From the IMG/VR virus record IMGVR_UViG_3300046513_000221, positions 62,001 through 126,000 of that record: a stretch of 64,000 bases of DNA; one strand, given 5' to 3'. Below, piece by piece: positions 36,420 to 46,301 of the stretch. The translations under genes and the position numbers were made by a program. The first letter of the stretch is position 1. The number at the start of each line of letters is the position of its first letter. The notes under the pieces were generated by a model. That model was not told the origin of the DNA, searched no databases, and worked only from the letters and a program-made list of their open reading frames with translations.

Positions 36420-37649
36420 ATGTCTAAAACAGTATTTGATTTCATTCCATCCTTCATCACCATCTCCGACGTACACCACGGCGCGAAGCCGGAAGAGCAG
36501 ATGCGTCACGAGTTCTACGGTGAAGGCGGTTTCTTCGATGTGCTCGATGCAGCACTGCCGGAACCGGAGTTTCTCGGCGTGGCGATCACCGGCGACTGGT
36601 GGGACTGCAAGCTCTCCATGAATGATCCGAAGGCCAAGCTCGGTACCTCGATCGTCGTGGATATCATGACCCGCTGCAAGAGTCACAACAAGTGGCTCAT
36701 CATCCTGCGCGGCACGTATTCGCACGATCTCCAGCAGCTGGACCACTTCAAGGAACTCGAAGTAACCTACGAAAAGTTCCGTCTATTCAACACCGTCGAG
36801 GAGTTCCAGTTCGGGCCGCTGAAGACTCTGATCGTCCCGGAGGAGTACCCGAAGGATCCGGACGAGTACTACGGCGAGTACTACGACCGCAAGTACGATC
36901 TGATCCTCGGTCATGGCTTCTTCGACTTCAACTGTTTCGACTCCAACGACGCCGAGAAATCGATGCCGTCGATGCCGGTCTTCGATGCAGAGAAGTTCTG
37001 CAAGATGGCACCGCTGACCATCTTCGGCCACGACCATACCCACAAAAACTTCATCGGCGCGATCCACAAGGGCATGAAGGGCAAGCCGGGTCGCATCTTC
37101 TACAACGGCTCCTTCTCCCGCCTCTGCCACGGCGAGGAACCGGCGAAGGGCTTCCTCTACGTCGTCTATGATCCTAGCGATATTCAGGTGAACTTCATCG
37201 AGAACGAGCTGGCTCCGAAGTACGTGACCGTCAACATCGAGTCTCTGATGCGGAAGGTCGCCACGATCAACTTCGAGTCCATCGTGAAGACGACGGAGGC
37301 TTACCGTAAGGCTCACGGTGTCTACGACCTGAAGGTCAAAGTACCGGCGAAGTTCTCCGAAGAGTACCGGAACGAGGTGGAGCTAGCTAAGAACTACTTC
37401 TCCAGCCGCGACGGCTTCCGGTTTGAGACTGGTCGCCTGAGCATCGCCCACAAGGACGAGAACGTCACCGACGTGCATGGTGAGACCGAGAACGGTAGCA
37501 GCATCGAGAACTCGCAGTATGCCTTCCTCTTCGGTAACGACGACATCGTGACGAAGATCGGCAAGTTCATCGACACCAAGCACAACGGCGAGATCACGCT
37601 GAGCCGGGAGGACATCGCGCAGTGTCTCGCTCCGGTCAACAACACCTAA
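36420..37649 (+). CDS. sbcD: SbcD/Mre11-like metallophosphoesterase nuclease
   Basis: ISDVHHG, ITGDWWD, LRGTYSHD, LGHG, FGHDH, YNGSFSR..GEEPAKGF. Confidence 0.88.
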   Translation: MSKTVFDFIPSFITISDVHHGAKPEEQMRHEFYGEGGFFDVLDAALPEPEFLGVAITGDWWDCKLSMNDPKAKLGTSIVVDIMTRCKSHNKWLIILRGTYSHDLQQLDHFKELEVTYEKFRLFNTVEEFQFGPLKTLIVPEEYPKDPDEYYGEYYDRKYDLILGHGFFDFNCFDSNDAEKSMPSMPVFDAEKFCKMAPLTIFGHDHTHKNFIGAIHKGMKGKPGRIFYNGSFSRLCHGEEPAKGFLYVVYDPSDIQVNFIENELAPKYVTVNIESLMRKVATINFESIVKTTEAYRKAHGVYDLKVKVPAKFSEEYRNEVELAKNYFSSRDGFRFETGRLSIAHKDENVTDVHGETENGSSIENSQYAFLFGNDDIVTKIGKFIDTKHNGEITLSREDIAQCLAPVNNT

Positions 37650-37770
37650 GAAGCACACTGGGGGATGAGCTTGGTCTACGACTCATCTCCCAACATCGGA
37701 TTACCCAGTCTCCACTCCCGGAGGCCACCCGTGTCGAGCGGGAGAAGTAACAGCTTTATGGAAAAGTAGA

Positions 37771-39453
37771 ATGAAAAAAAGACAAGGCAGTTCCAGCGGT
37801 TCCTCGTCATCACCCAGCAGTAAGAAGATCGAGCTGGAGATTCCGTTATCGCTGTTTCGAAACCTGATCGCGTACCTCTTCAGCGATCACAGCAACAAAG
37901 GCTTCATCAAGCAACTGAACATCCTGTTCAAGCTGATCAACACCAACAAGTTCGAGCAGGACGTCGATTACGAAGTGGCGTTCAGCATCACCCGCCAGTA
38001 CTGCAAGATGATGCTGGACGACGACCTGCGCAACAACGAGCTGATCTACCAGAAAATGATCGCGAACGATCGCTTCGAGGGAGAGCTTGAGAGAACTCTG
38101 GACGAGTGCATCGCCGAGCAGGAGATCGACGAGAACTTCGCCCGGTTCGTCGAGAACGAGTTCATCGACCGACTGAACTTCGTCAATGCGATGCCGGTCA
38201 TCTCGGACCTGAAGCGTAAGATCCAGGCTCTTGAGAAGCACGAGTACGACGATTTTGGCACCGCGATCGAAGGGATCCGCGAGCAGACAACCGCATTCAA
38301 CAAAACACTTGCTGTGCGCAGCGCCGCGACGATCGCTCACCCGGTCATCTCGTTCGCCAGCGACAGCTTCATGACCCAGCTCCGCTCCTTCCACAAGAGC
38401 CTGACCAACCCCAAGCGTGCTATCCGCACCGGCCTGAAGCGTCTGAACCAGATGCTGGGCGGCGGCTTCATGCCGGGTAAGGTCTACGTGTTCATGGCGG
38501 TATCGGGCGGTTGGAAGTCCGGTCTGCTGCTGAACGTGCTGCTGTGGGCGGCGAAGTACAACAAGGACTCCCGCTGCCGCGACCAGTCCCGCAAGCCTCT
38601 GTATCTCTACCTGACTCAGGAGAACGATACCGAGGAGACGATGGATCGCCTGTTCAGCTATCTGCGTGCTGCGCAGGATGGTCACATCAGCGCCACGCCG
38701 GAAGAGATCTATGACCTCTTCATCGAGGAAGGCATCAAGTCCGAGCACTATGACGTTCGTGTACACTACTACCCTAAAGGTACTATCTGCGCGAACGACA
38801 TCGAGAACATCGTTCGCGAGCTGGAAGATGACGGCGTGTACGAGGTTAAACTGATCGTACACGACTACATCAAACGTCTGAAGCCGAACATTGCCACAGG
38901 CGACTTGCGTATCGATCTCGGTGAGGCCGCGAATGATCTGTCCACCAGCTCGAAGGCCATGAAGCTGCCTATCGTGACGGCGAACCAGATCAACCGGGGC
39001 GCATACGACGTGTTGATGCAGCAGGGCAAGAACGAGGGCAAGAACGACCTCGGCAAGAACGCATCGCTGACAATGCAGTCCGAATCGCAGATGGTCACGG
39101 AGAACGTGGACTGGGTTGGCGCTATCAACAAGGAGTGCCTTACCTCGACGAATGAATGGTTCATCTCGTTCACCGACCTGAAGAACCGTGCCGCAAAATC
39201 CAACAAGACCTACAGCAACCGCTACTTCGCCCAACCTTTCGAGGAAGGCAACAGTATGCGCTTGATGGAGGATGTCGATATGCCGGAAGGCGTCTGCTAC
39301 GGCGTCGATAACATCGCTGACCAGCTCAAGTCCTACGATCCTAACTCGGTCGATGAGGACGAGGGCGGTGCTCCGGCACCACAGCGCCGCAATGGCAACC
39401 GCACCGCTCGCCGCATCAGTATCAACGATGCGGTCGAAGAGGAAGCAGCCTAA
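37771..39453 (+). CDS. dnaB: DnaB-like replicative helicase
   Basis: RTGLKRLNQMLGGGF.PG, AVSGGWKS, YLTQEN, VHDYIKR, IVTANQINR. Confidence 0.9.
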   Translation: MKKRQGSSSGSSSSPSSKKIELEIPLSLFRNLIAYLFSDHSNKGFIKQLNILFKLINTNKFEQDVDYEVAFSITRQYCKMMLDDDLRNNELIYQKMIANDRFEGELERTLDECIAEQEIDENFARFVENEFIDRLNFVNAMPVISDLKRKIQALEKHEYDDFGTAIEGIREQTTAFNKTLAVRSAATIAHPVISFASDSFMTQLRSFHKSLTNPKRAIRTGLKRLNQMLGGGFMPGKVYVFMAVSGGWKSGLLLNVLLWAAKYNKDSRCRDQSRKPLYLYLTQENDTEETMDRLFSYLRAAQDGHISATPEEIYDLFIEEGIKSEHYDVRVHYYPKGTICANDIENIVRELEDDGVYEVKLIVHDYIKRLKPNIATGDLRIDLGEAANDLSTSSKAMKLPIVTANQINRGAYDVLMQQGKNEGKNDLGKNASLTMQSESQMVTENVDWVGAINKECLTSTNEWFISFTDLKNRAAKSNKTYSNRYFAQPFEEGNSMRLMEDVDMPEGVCYGVDNIADQLKSYDPNSVDEDEGGAPAPQRRNGNRTARRISINDAVEEEAA

Positions 39454-39526
39454 TCTAGGACGGACAGACCCGCTTGAGCAAATGCGCTCTTTGGGTCTGT
39501 CCGATTTATTTAACTGAGGAGTTGCA

Positions 39527-39985
39527 ATGCACGACACGCAAGAAGCAAAGATGTACTCCGTATCGATTTACGATGCACTGGAAGAGAAGGTCATCTTCCG
39601 TCAGGTAGAGTCGCCAACCGGCAATGTCGATGACATCCTGTTGGCCGTCTTCAAGGACATCTTCGACACCGAGGATGGTTCCGTATCGATCGACGCGGAA
39701 TACGTTAAGAATAACCCTTATACCTTCAAGGACATGGTAGTCGTATCGATCATCCAGACCGATGCGCCGAACCTGTACGATATCCACGAAGACGACGAAA
39801 CGGAAGAAGAAGATGACGGACACGAGTTCGCCCTCACCGGCACCATCGACACCGCCAACTCCGCAGCAGCTGTTCAGCTTGTTGACCGAGGCGATGCGGC
39901 AGAGGGACAAGCTGTACGAGGACACTGTCCTTTCCGGAAAGTACTGTCAGTATTCAGGTCTCTCAACCCTTTCAGCGGTCCTTGA
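39527..39985 (+). CDS. Acidic hypothetical protein
   Basis: GAGGAG RBS; last ~57 codons overlap the next ORF. Confidence 0.6.
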   Translation: MHDTQEAKMYSVSIYDALEEKVIFRQVESPTGNVDDILLAVFKDIFDTEDGSVSIDAEYVKNNPYTFKDMVVVSIIQTDAPNLYDIHEDDETEEEDDGHEFALTGTIDTANSAAAVQLVDRGDAAEGQAVRGHCPFRKVLSVFRSLNPFSGP

Positions 39986-40358
39986 TTACATCGAGGTCTT
40001 CGCTCTAAATGATCTGCAACTGTTGGAACTGGAACGTCTCCAGAAGATGGAGATCCTGCGTTATCTGCTCACGCAGACGAAGTACGGCCAGAACCTGATG
40101 TATTTCGGACCAAGTTCGATGAACGTCAGCCTGGATTCCATGTACAACGCTCGGATGGAGATACGTGATGCTTCCACGGGTGCAATGATTCTCGGTAATA
40201 TCTCGAACAACAATGGCTACAGCCAAAGTCAAGTAGCCGTGAAATTCTTCGGGGCCAACATCGTGGTCGCTGATGAAAGTGTATCGTCGCGGTTCAATAC
40301 GGCGATGGCGGTTCTCGATGGTATTGCCCTCAACATTATGACCTTCTTCGGTCTGTAG
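39813..40358 (+). CDS. Hypothetical protein
   Basis: Probable start MTDTSSP at ATG 39813; terminator at ~40366-40406. Confidence 0.65.
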   Translation: MTDTSSPSPAPSTPPTPQQLFSLLTEAMRQRDKLYEDTVLSGKYCQYSGLSTLSAVLDYIEVFALNDLQLLELERLQKMEILRYLLTQTKYGQNLMYFGPSSMNVSLDSMYNARMEIRDASTGAMILGNISNNNGYSQSQVAVKFFGANIVVADESVSSRFNTAMAVLDGIALNIMTFFGL

Positions 40359-40431
40359 AATTCGAGAGAAGCGGATGATACCCGCTTCTCCACCCTCTTT
40401 TTTTTTGCATTTGCCTTTTCTGACAAAAGAT

Positions 40432-40443
40432 AACAGCTTCATA
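40432..40443 (+). promoter_or_regulatory. Late-type promoter AACAGCTTCATA
   Basis: AACA-N6-TA. Confidence 0.7.
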
Positions 40444-40469
40444 GTTGCAACCACTAACAGAAAATTCTC

Positions 40470-41648
40470 ATGAAAACACAGATTATCTCAGCAGTATTAC
40501 TCCTGATATCCGGCTTCCTGATCACCGGGTCTGGAGCGTACTTCTCGGTGAAGGGCTTCACGATGTTCATCCCGGATGAGACCATCTTCATCGGTCTGCT
40601 CGTTCTGGCGGTGGCCTTCGAGGTCGCCAAGATCACAGCATCGACCTTCCTCTTCCACAAGTCCGGAGACTCTCGTTACCCGACTTGGATGAAGTTCGTC
40701 CTGTCGCTGTGCGTGGTCGTCTTGATCCTAATGTCCGACATCTTCACTTTCTCGCACCTCAACGTGTCCGTCGCCAAGTCGATGGCACAGGTCGAGGCTA
40801 TCGACCGAGGCAAGGAGCGCCAGACCACAGAGCACCAGCGTCTGGTGGACGCAATCGCGAAGGTCGATAAGCAGATCGAGTCCGTCCCGGACAACGCGAG
40901 TGTTAACCAGCGCCTCCGCATGAAGAACGCCTACAACGAGGAAAAGACACAATTGCGTCAGAAGCTCGACAAGATGGAGACTGAGATCACCGCATCGGAG
41001 AAGGAATCCATCGACAACGATCGGTTCCTGTTCCTCAACTCCATCTCCAAGCTCATGCATGTTGGTAAGGAGACCATGTTCACCATCGTCGTCCTGACCG
41101 TGACCTTCATCATCGACCCTCTAGCTATCTCGCTGATAGTCTTCGGTACGGCTGTGCTGACCGATGCCTTCCGGAAAAGGAACGAAAAACTGATACCTCT
41201 GTCGGAGGTGGAATTTGATCCTGTCGAGACCATTACCGAGCCTGTAGTTGAGGTGGAAATGGTACAGATTACCCCGGAACCGGTGCGTGACGCTGGTGAT
41301 GCGTGGTCCAAGGCCGATCTCGATGCCGTTATCGCCACCATCGTACACAAGCCCGTGATTGACGACACCGAGACCTTCGAGGCCGTCAGTGCGATGGTCA
41401 CTGCCGAGGTGGAACACACAAAAAATGAGGAAGCTCCGGAACCAATCGAAGAGCCTGTGATCGAACCTGATCCAGTCGTCGAGGCGGATCCCGAAGCGGA
41501 ATCGCTGGAGGAAGCGGAGCTGCGCGCCGAACTGACCGCCGACGTCTCCATCCAAGCAACTCCGACCACCCCGACCGCCAAGCTGGCGCGTAAGCACCTG
41601 CAGGTGACCAACTACAAGGTGAAGGACAACGAAGATGCAGCAGAGTAA
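40470..41648 (+). CDS. Membrane protein: 3 TM, coiled coil, 1 TM, acidic tail
   Basis: Hydrophobic segments at about aa 5-30, 39-62, 73-95 and 204-233. Confidence 0.8.
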   Translation: MKTQIISAVLLLISGFLITGSGAYFSVKGFTMFIPDETIFIGLLVLAVAFEVAKITASTFLFHKSGDSRYPTWMKFVLSLCVVVLILMSDIFTFSHLNVSVAKSMAQVEAIDRGKERQTTEHQRLVDAIAKVDKQIESVPDNASVNQRLRMKNAYNEEKTQLRQKLDKMETEITASEKESIDNDRFLFLNSISKLMHVGKETMFTIVVLTVTFIIDPLAISLIVFGTAVLTDAFRKRNEKLIPLSEVEFDPVETITEPVVEVEMVQITPEPVRDAGDAWSKADLDAVIATIVHKPVIDDTETFEAVSAMVTAEVEHTKNEEAPEPIEEPVIEPDPVVEADPEAESLEEAELRAELTADVSIQATPTTPTAKLARKHLQVTNYKVKDNEDAAE

Positions 41649-42234
41649 GTACTATGCGGTCTCCCCGACCGACACGCGGCGTCAGAACCGCTACATCATC
41701 CTCGCCCACGTATCGGACTTCGTGATGCGGGGATGGTTCTTCGATCCGGATCTGCGGAACAAGACGAACTACTTCTGCTTCGACAAGATCAAGAACTACT
41801 TCCGGGAGCGCGTCGACATCCGTCAGATGCCCTTCCACTACTACACCTCGATCATCAAGGGCGACTGGGAGCTGTTCCACGCCGCCCCGGCTACGTACCG
41901 CTCGCCGATGATCTCCGAGGCCATCCAGCGCTACTACATCCCCGACCGCTTCCGGGATGCGATCGTCATCTGTGTTCAGGACAACTTCGCCCTGAACACG
42001 GCTGATATGCGGATGCACCAGCTGCTCGGCTCGACCCTGATCGCGCCTCTGCTCAACCAGTTCAAGGTGAACTTCATGGACTCCGTGTTCTGGTTCGACG
42101 AGATCTTCGATTGGGACAAGTACAATCAGGACGTGGAGGACGACCCGCTCGGCTACACGTACCCATACGAGACGAATCGAATGAAGTTCTTCGATCGTAC
42201 CATATTCAACCTTGAATGCCGGAGGTTCATCTAA
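41635..42234 (+). CDS. Degenerate N-acetylmuramoyl-L-alanine amidase (Amidase_2)-like protein
   Basis: YIILAHVS..MPFHYY..AIVICVQDNF..LIAPLLNQFKV echoes the T7 lysozyme/PGRP pattern. Confidence 0.45.
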   Translation: MQQSKYYAVSPTDTRRQNRYIILAHVSDFVMRGWFFDPDLRNKTNYFCFDKIKNYFRERVDIRQMPFHYYTSIIKGDWELFHAAPATYRSPMISEAIQRYYIPDRFRDAIVICVQDNFALNTADMRMHQLLGSTLIAPLLNQFKVNFMDSVFWFDEIFDWDKYNQDVEDDPLGYTYPYETNRMKFFDRTIFNLECRRFI

Positions 42235-42677
42235 TGGCTACATCTTTCATTCAATTCGACTCGGCTGACATGGCTACCTTGGAGGAGTCCATCACTCACT
42301 CCAAGGAGAATCCCTTCCTCATGGACAAGTTCTCGGACAAGCTCCGGACCACCATCGACGGAGAGGGTTGCCTCGTCAACGAGCCAGCCAACATCCTCAG
42401 TTCTCTGGTGTGGATGCTGGAACCGTTTCTGGTGGAGGAGCCTCTCCCGGATAACGAGAAGTACATGCCAGAGAGGACTTCGAAGCGTCTATACAACTCG
42501 CATGATTTCTGGTTCGTCCTGATGCTGATCAACGGCGTCGCGGCGTGCAGCGAGTACAACCTGACGACAATCAAGCTCCTACAGGCGAAGGATCTTCACA
42601 AGATCGAGATCTTCCTAGCGAAGGTCAAGGGTCAGGTCAGCGCCTACGGAGAGGACCGCGACGTGATCTACAGCTAA
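42234..42677 (+). CDS. Baseplate wedge protein (T4 gp53/LysM-like)
   Basis: YMPERTSKRLYNSHDFWFVLMLING; TAATG coupling to the previous gene. Confidence 0.65.
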   Translation: MATSFIQFDSADMATLEESITHSKENPFLMDKFSDKLRTTIDGEGCLVNEPANILSSLVWMLEPFLVEEPLPDNEKYMPERTSKRLYNSHDFWFVLMLINGVAACSEYNLTTIKLLQAKDLHKIEIFLAKVKGQVSAYGEDRDVIYS

Positions 42678-42687
42678 GGAGAACGAT

Positions 42688-43044
42688 ATGACCCTCATGA
42701 TGTTCTGGCTTTTCACCAAGCACATTCTGGCAGACTTCTTCCTCCAATCGGAGGTGCAGCTCAGTCAGAAGGGTGACTTCAACCGCATCGGCGGCTACAT
42801 CCACGCCGGTATCCACGCTGTGCTGACCCTGTCGGTGTTCCTGTTCATGAAGCATCCTCTAGGGGCGGCGTTTCTGGCGGCGATGGTGGACTTCGGTATT
42901 CACTACCTGATCGACTGGTGTAAGGTCAACGTCGGACGCCTGATGAAGACCAAGCCCTCCGACAAGGCTTTCTGGTGGAGCTTCGGCATAGACCAGTACC
43001 TCCACTTCCTCACATACGCTTTGCTCATCCATCTCTTTGGCTAG
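42688..43044 (+). CDS. DUF3307-family membrane protein
   Basis: HILADFFLQ, HAGIH, HYLIDWCK, GIDQYLH. Confidence 0.85.
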   Translation: MTLMMFWLFTKHILADFFLQSEVQLSQKGDFNRIGGYIHAGIHAVLTLSVFLFMKHPLGAAFLAAMVDFGIHYLIDWCKVNVGRLMKTKPSDKAFWWSFGIDQYLHFLTYALLIHLFG

Positions 43045-43045
43045 C

Positions 43046-43095
43046 AAAAAAAAAAAGAAGACCATTACCCTCAACGGGGTAATGGTCTCTTTACT
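43046..43095. terminator. Bidirectional terminator
   Basis: A11..AGACCATTACCC..GGGTAATGGTCT..TTT. Confidence 0.8.
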
Positions 43096-43326
43096 TTACT
43101 TCTTCCTGTGACTCCAGACAAGGATCATCTTCCCGATGTAGAGCGCCGCTGATATCAGCAAGCCGCGCACCACTACGGTCGGAGTCACCTGCTCCAGAGG
43201 CTCGATTACCCCGCCGTCACTCAACGCGAGTATGAAGAGCATCCCCATAGTCAGGTTGAAGAAGACGACGTGGACGGTGATGATCACTCGCGTGACAAAG
43301 CCGAGTTCGTCCACTTGGATCTTCAT
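43096..43326 (-). CDS. Small 2-TM membrane protein
   Basis: 76 aa, ATGA overlap with the sbcC stop. Confidence 0.65.
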   Translation of the reverse strand: MKIQVDELGFVTRVIITVHVVFFNLTMGMLFILALSDGGVIEPLEQVTPTVVVRGLLISAALYIGKMILVWSHRKK

Positions 43327-46106
43327 TTTTTCGACTTCTTACGATAGTCTGCGATGATCTCCTTGTTCGCCATGAAGCCGGTGTCGTCGGTCTCCACGGA
43401 GCTTCCCGGCAGCAGGATCAGGGCCAGTTCCGCAGCGTGGAACGCGTCGTTGTGGGTGATCATGAAGCACTGCTCGCAGTTCAGGGTGTCAAGCTGCACA
43501 TCCAGAATGTCGATGAAGCGCTTCCGGTTCACGGTGTCGAGTTCCGCGTCGATCTCGTCGAGGTAGACGATGTTGTACTTGCTCTCGTCCTCCTTCTTAC
43601 GCTTGATCGCGGAGCTGGAGATACCGAGGGACAGAGCGCACTTGATGAGCGCCGTCTCACCCTGACTGCAGGACTTGACGTCTTTGTTGTACATGACGTT
43701 GTTCTGGTAGACAGGTACGAGGAAGTCCTCGTCGGAGATGTGGAAGTCGATGAAGAACGACTCACCGAACGCCATGTTGAGCAGATCGTTGGTGGACTCC
43801 TTGATCTCGCCGAGGTACACGCCGAGTACGTACAGCGGCATCCCGGTCTTGATGTCCAGAGTGTCGCGCACGATCATCAGCTTGTCGCGTATGGCGACCA
43901 GAGCGTCCTTGCGCTCCTTGTACTGCGTGATGCGCTCCAGCTTCAGCTTCTCCTTGTTGAGGGAGTCGCTTGTCTCGATCACGATCTCGTCGGCGTTCAC
44001 CTTGCGGATCTTGATCTCCTCCATCTTATCGATGTTGGAATCGCGCTTGGTGATGCTGTCCTTGTTACGCTCGTAGATCTTGTTGAGCGTCTTCAGGCTC
44101 TTGTCGATGTCCTTGATCGAAACCATGTGACCGTAGATGGCGGAGTACAATTCCACGATCTGTTCCTTGGTGTCGATCTCGGTATCAACTGCATCGATCT
44201 TCTCGATGAGGTCGGCCTCCTCGCTCGTCATCGTATTGATCTCTTCACGATGAGTGGCGATACGCTGACGGATGTCAACCAGCAGCTGCTCGGCATTCTG
44301 GAGGTTGTCGATGCGTTCCTTGGTGTTGACCTTGGCGCGCTCGGTATCCTTCATCTTCTGACTCAGGTTGATCTTGGTCACCAGACGACCGAAGTCATAC
44401 TGCTTGCCGATGTCCTCGCCGGAGGACTGGTAGGTGATGCGACCGATCTCGGTGGCGTCGCCCAGACTCAACAGCTCCACCAGATCGCTCTTGGAAGCGG
44501 TGATAGAGTGCATCTCCAGCGACATGTAGACCGACTCGTTGAAGAGCTTGTAGTGACGCTGGACCATCTGCATCATGGTCAGAGTAGCGTGGAGTTCAGC
44601 CAGTTCATCTTCCTTCAACTGAATCTGTTCTTCAACCTTGACCTGCTCGCCGTCCTTCTCCAGTTCCTTCTGGCCGATGCGGTACACCGCGCAGGTACTG
44701 GTCTTGCACATCGCGGTGATGCGACGTACGGCTTCCGAAGCGATCTTATCGTCCTCCAGCTGACGCAGCCGCTTCTTCAGACCGGAGATCTCCTTCTCGG
44801 TAGTCTCGATGAGACCGGAGTACTCGCTGATGTTAGCGTTGAGGGCGCTCCCACCAATGTCGAACAAAACTGATTCAATCACCTCTTGATCGTAGCTGCT
44901 CAGATCGTGTTTAGCCTCGACCAGACGGTTGGCGAAGCGGCTCAGCTCGTTGACGGATGCCGTGGCCTCCTCCAACTCGAAGCTCTCCACCAGCTTCGAG
45001 TCGAACTCGGAGATGGAATTGAAGCGTTCGGTGTGCTGGCGCAGGTTCTCGGTGTGCTCCTGCAGCTGGAGCTTCATGTTGGCGATACTGGCGCTCGTCG
45101 GCGACGAGTACTTACGCTCGTCTGCCTCGGCAGCGGCTTTGTTCTTCGAAGCGTTGTGCTTGTTAGACTGGAGCTTCTCCCGCTCGACGTTCAGCTTGCT
45201 CTGCGTCACGCGCAGTTCCTTCAGCTTCTCGTTGAGGCTCTCGATCTTCTCCTTCAGTTCTTCGGCGGAGATGCCGCGACGCTTGGGGAACTTCTCGTAG
45301 ATGGCCTCCAGCTTGGCCTCCTCACCGTCGCGCTGCTCGATCAGCAGGAGGCGTTGCTCCAGATCGGACGCGAAGGCTTCGAGGTTCTCATCGATCGCCT
45401 CGTTTTCCTTCTGTACGGTACCCAACTCGACCGCGATGGCGTTCGCCTCGGCGGTGTTCTTCTTCAGAGTCTTCGTGAGGATGTCGATCTGCGTGGTGAC
45501 ATCGGCCTCGGAGTCGAGACGACCCAGCTCATCGGTGATGTGCTTGATCTCCTTCCCGGATGCGTTGAACTTATCGTTCACGATCTTGAAGTGGTTGGTG
45601 TACTCTTCGACGCTCGGAGTGAAGCGCTGCATGAACTGCTTGCGTGCGCTGCTGTTCATGTCGATCAGGCTGGTGGAGCCGGAGCCGATGCGGACCAGCT
45701 TGAAGTGCTCGGGCGTCACACCCAGTTCCTTCTCGCACAGTGCCTCGAAGGTGCGCTTACCGCCGTTACCGTTCAGGTTGTGCTCGTCGTCGGTGCCGTT
45801 CTTGAACATGAATGACTTGACCTTGCCACTCTTGTAGAAGTGCTGGATGACGTAGTAGTCCTCGTCCTTCTGGTAATGAATCTCTTTGTAGCCCTCCTTG
45901 CCTTCGAGGATCAGCTCGGTGCGACCGTCGAAGGACTCAGCGAACGGCGTCAGCATGCTCATGGCGGTGCTCTTACCGGATCCGTTCTCGCCGAGGAACA
46001 TGATGTTTCGCTTGTCAGACTCGCGCAGGTCGATCTCGAATTCCGAGATCTTCATCCCGGCCCAGATGCCCTTGAAGTTGACAAGCTTGAAGTATGGAAT
46101 ACGCAT
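43323..46106 (-). CDS. sbcC: SbcC/Rad50-like SMC ATPase
   Basis: GENGSGKST, long coiled coils with a central C-x4-C hook, signature CSQGE, YLDEIDAELD, ITH. Confidence 0.92.
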   Translation of the reverse strand: MRIPYFKLVNFKGIWAGMKISEFEIDLRESDKRNIMFLGENGSGKSTAMSMLTPFAESFDGRTELILEGKEGYKEIHYQKDEDYYVIQHFYKSGKVKSFMFKNGTDDEHNLNGNGGKRTFEALCEKELGVTPEHFKLVRIGSGSTSLIDMNSSARKQFMQRFTPSVEEYTNHFKIVNDKFNASGKEIKHITDELGRLDSEADVTTQIDILTKTLKKNTAEANAIAVELGTVQKENEAIDENLEAFASDLEQRLLLIEQRDGEEAKLEAIYEKFPKRRGISAEELKEKIESLNEKLKELRVTQSKLNVEREKLQSNKHNASKNKAAAEADERKYSSPTSASIANMKLQLQEHTENLRQHTERFNSISEFDSKLVESFELEEATASVNELSRFANRLVEAKHDLSSYDQEVIESVLFDIGGSALNANISEYSGLIETTEKEISGLKKRLRQLEDDKIASEAVRRITAMCKTSTCAVYRIGQKELEKDGEQVKVEEQIQLKEDELAELHATLTMMQMVQRHYKLFNESVYMSLEMHSITASKSDLVELLSLGDATEIGRITYQSSGEDIGKQYDFGRLVTKINLSQKMKDTERAKVNTKERIDNLQNAEQLLVDIRQRIATHREEINTMTSEEADLIEKIDAVDTEIDTKEQIVELYSAIYGHMVSIKDIDKSLKTLNKIYERNKDSITKRDSNIDKMEEIKIRKVNADEIVIETSDSLNKEKLKLERITQYKERKDALVAIRDKLMIVRDTLDIKTGMPLYVLGVYLGEIKESTNDLLNMAFGESFFIDFHISDEDFLVPVYQNNVMYNKDVKSCSQGETALIKCALSLGISSSAIKRKKEDESKYNIVYLDEIDAELDTVNRKRFIDILDVQLDTLNCEQCFMITHNDAFHAAELALILLPGSSVETDDTGFMANKEIIADYRKKSKK

Positions 46107-46132
46107 TTTCTTCCTTTAGATGAAACTATCGA

Positions 46133-46149
46133 TCATTGCTATTATATAT
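46133..46149 (-). promoter_or_regulatory. Early/middle-type promoter ATATATAAT-N5-TGA (sbcC)
   Basis: Motif copy; divergent partner at 46238. Confidence 0.75.
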
Positions 46150-46237
46150 GTCCATACGAGCTTTTGTATAGTGATGCGTCACCTCAACAAGATCCTTTGG
46201 ATCACAGGAAAATGTGTAATTCGAAAGGATTATGCAC

Positions 46238-46254
46238 ATATATAATGGGAATGA
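46238..46254 (+). promoter_or_regulatory. Early/middle-type promoter ATATATAAT-N5-TGA (S8 protease)
   Basis: Motif copy. Confidence 0.75.
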
Positions 46255-46301
46255 ACCATGTTGAGGGATCATCCCTCGAAATCAATTAAAGGAGATACAC
46301 C

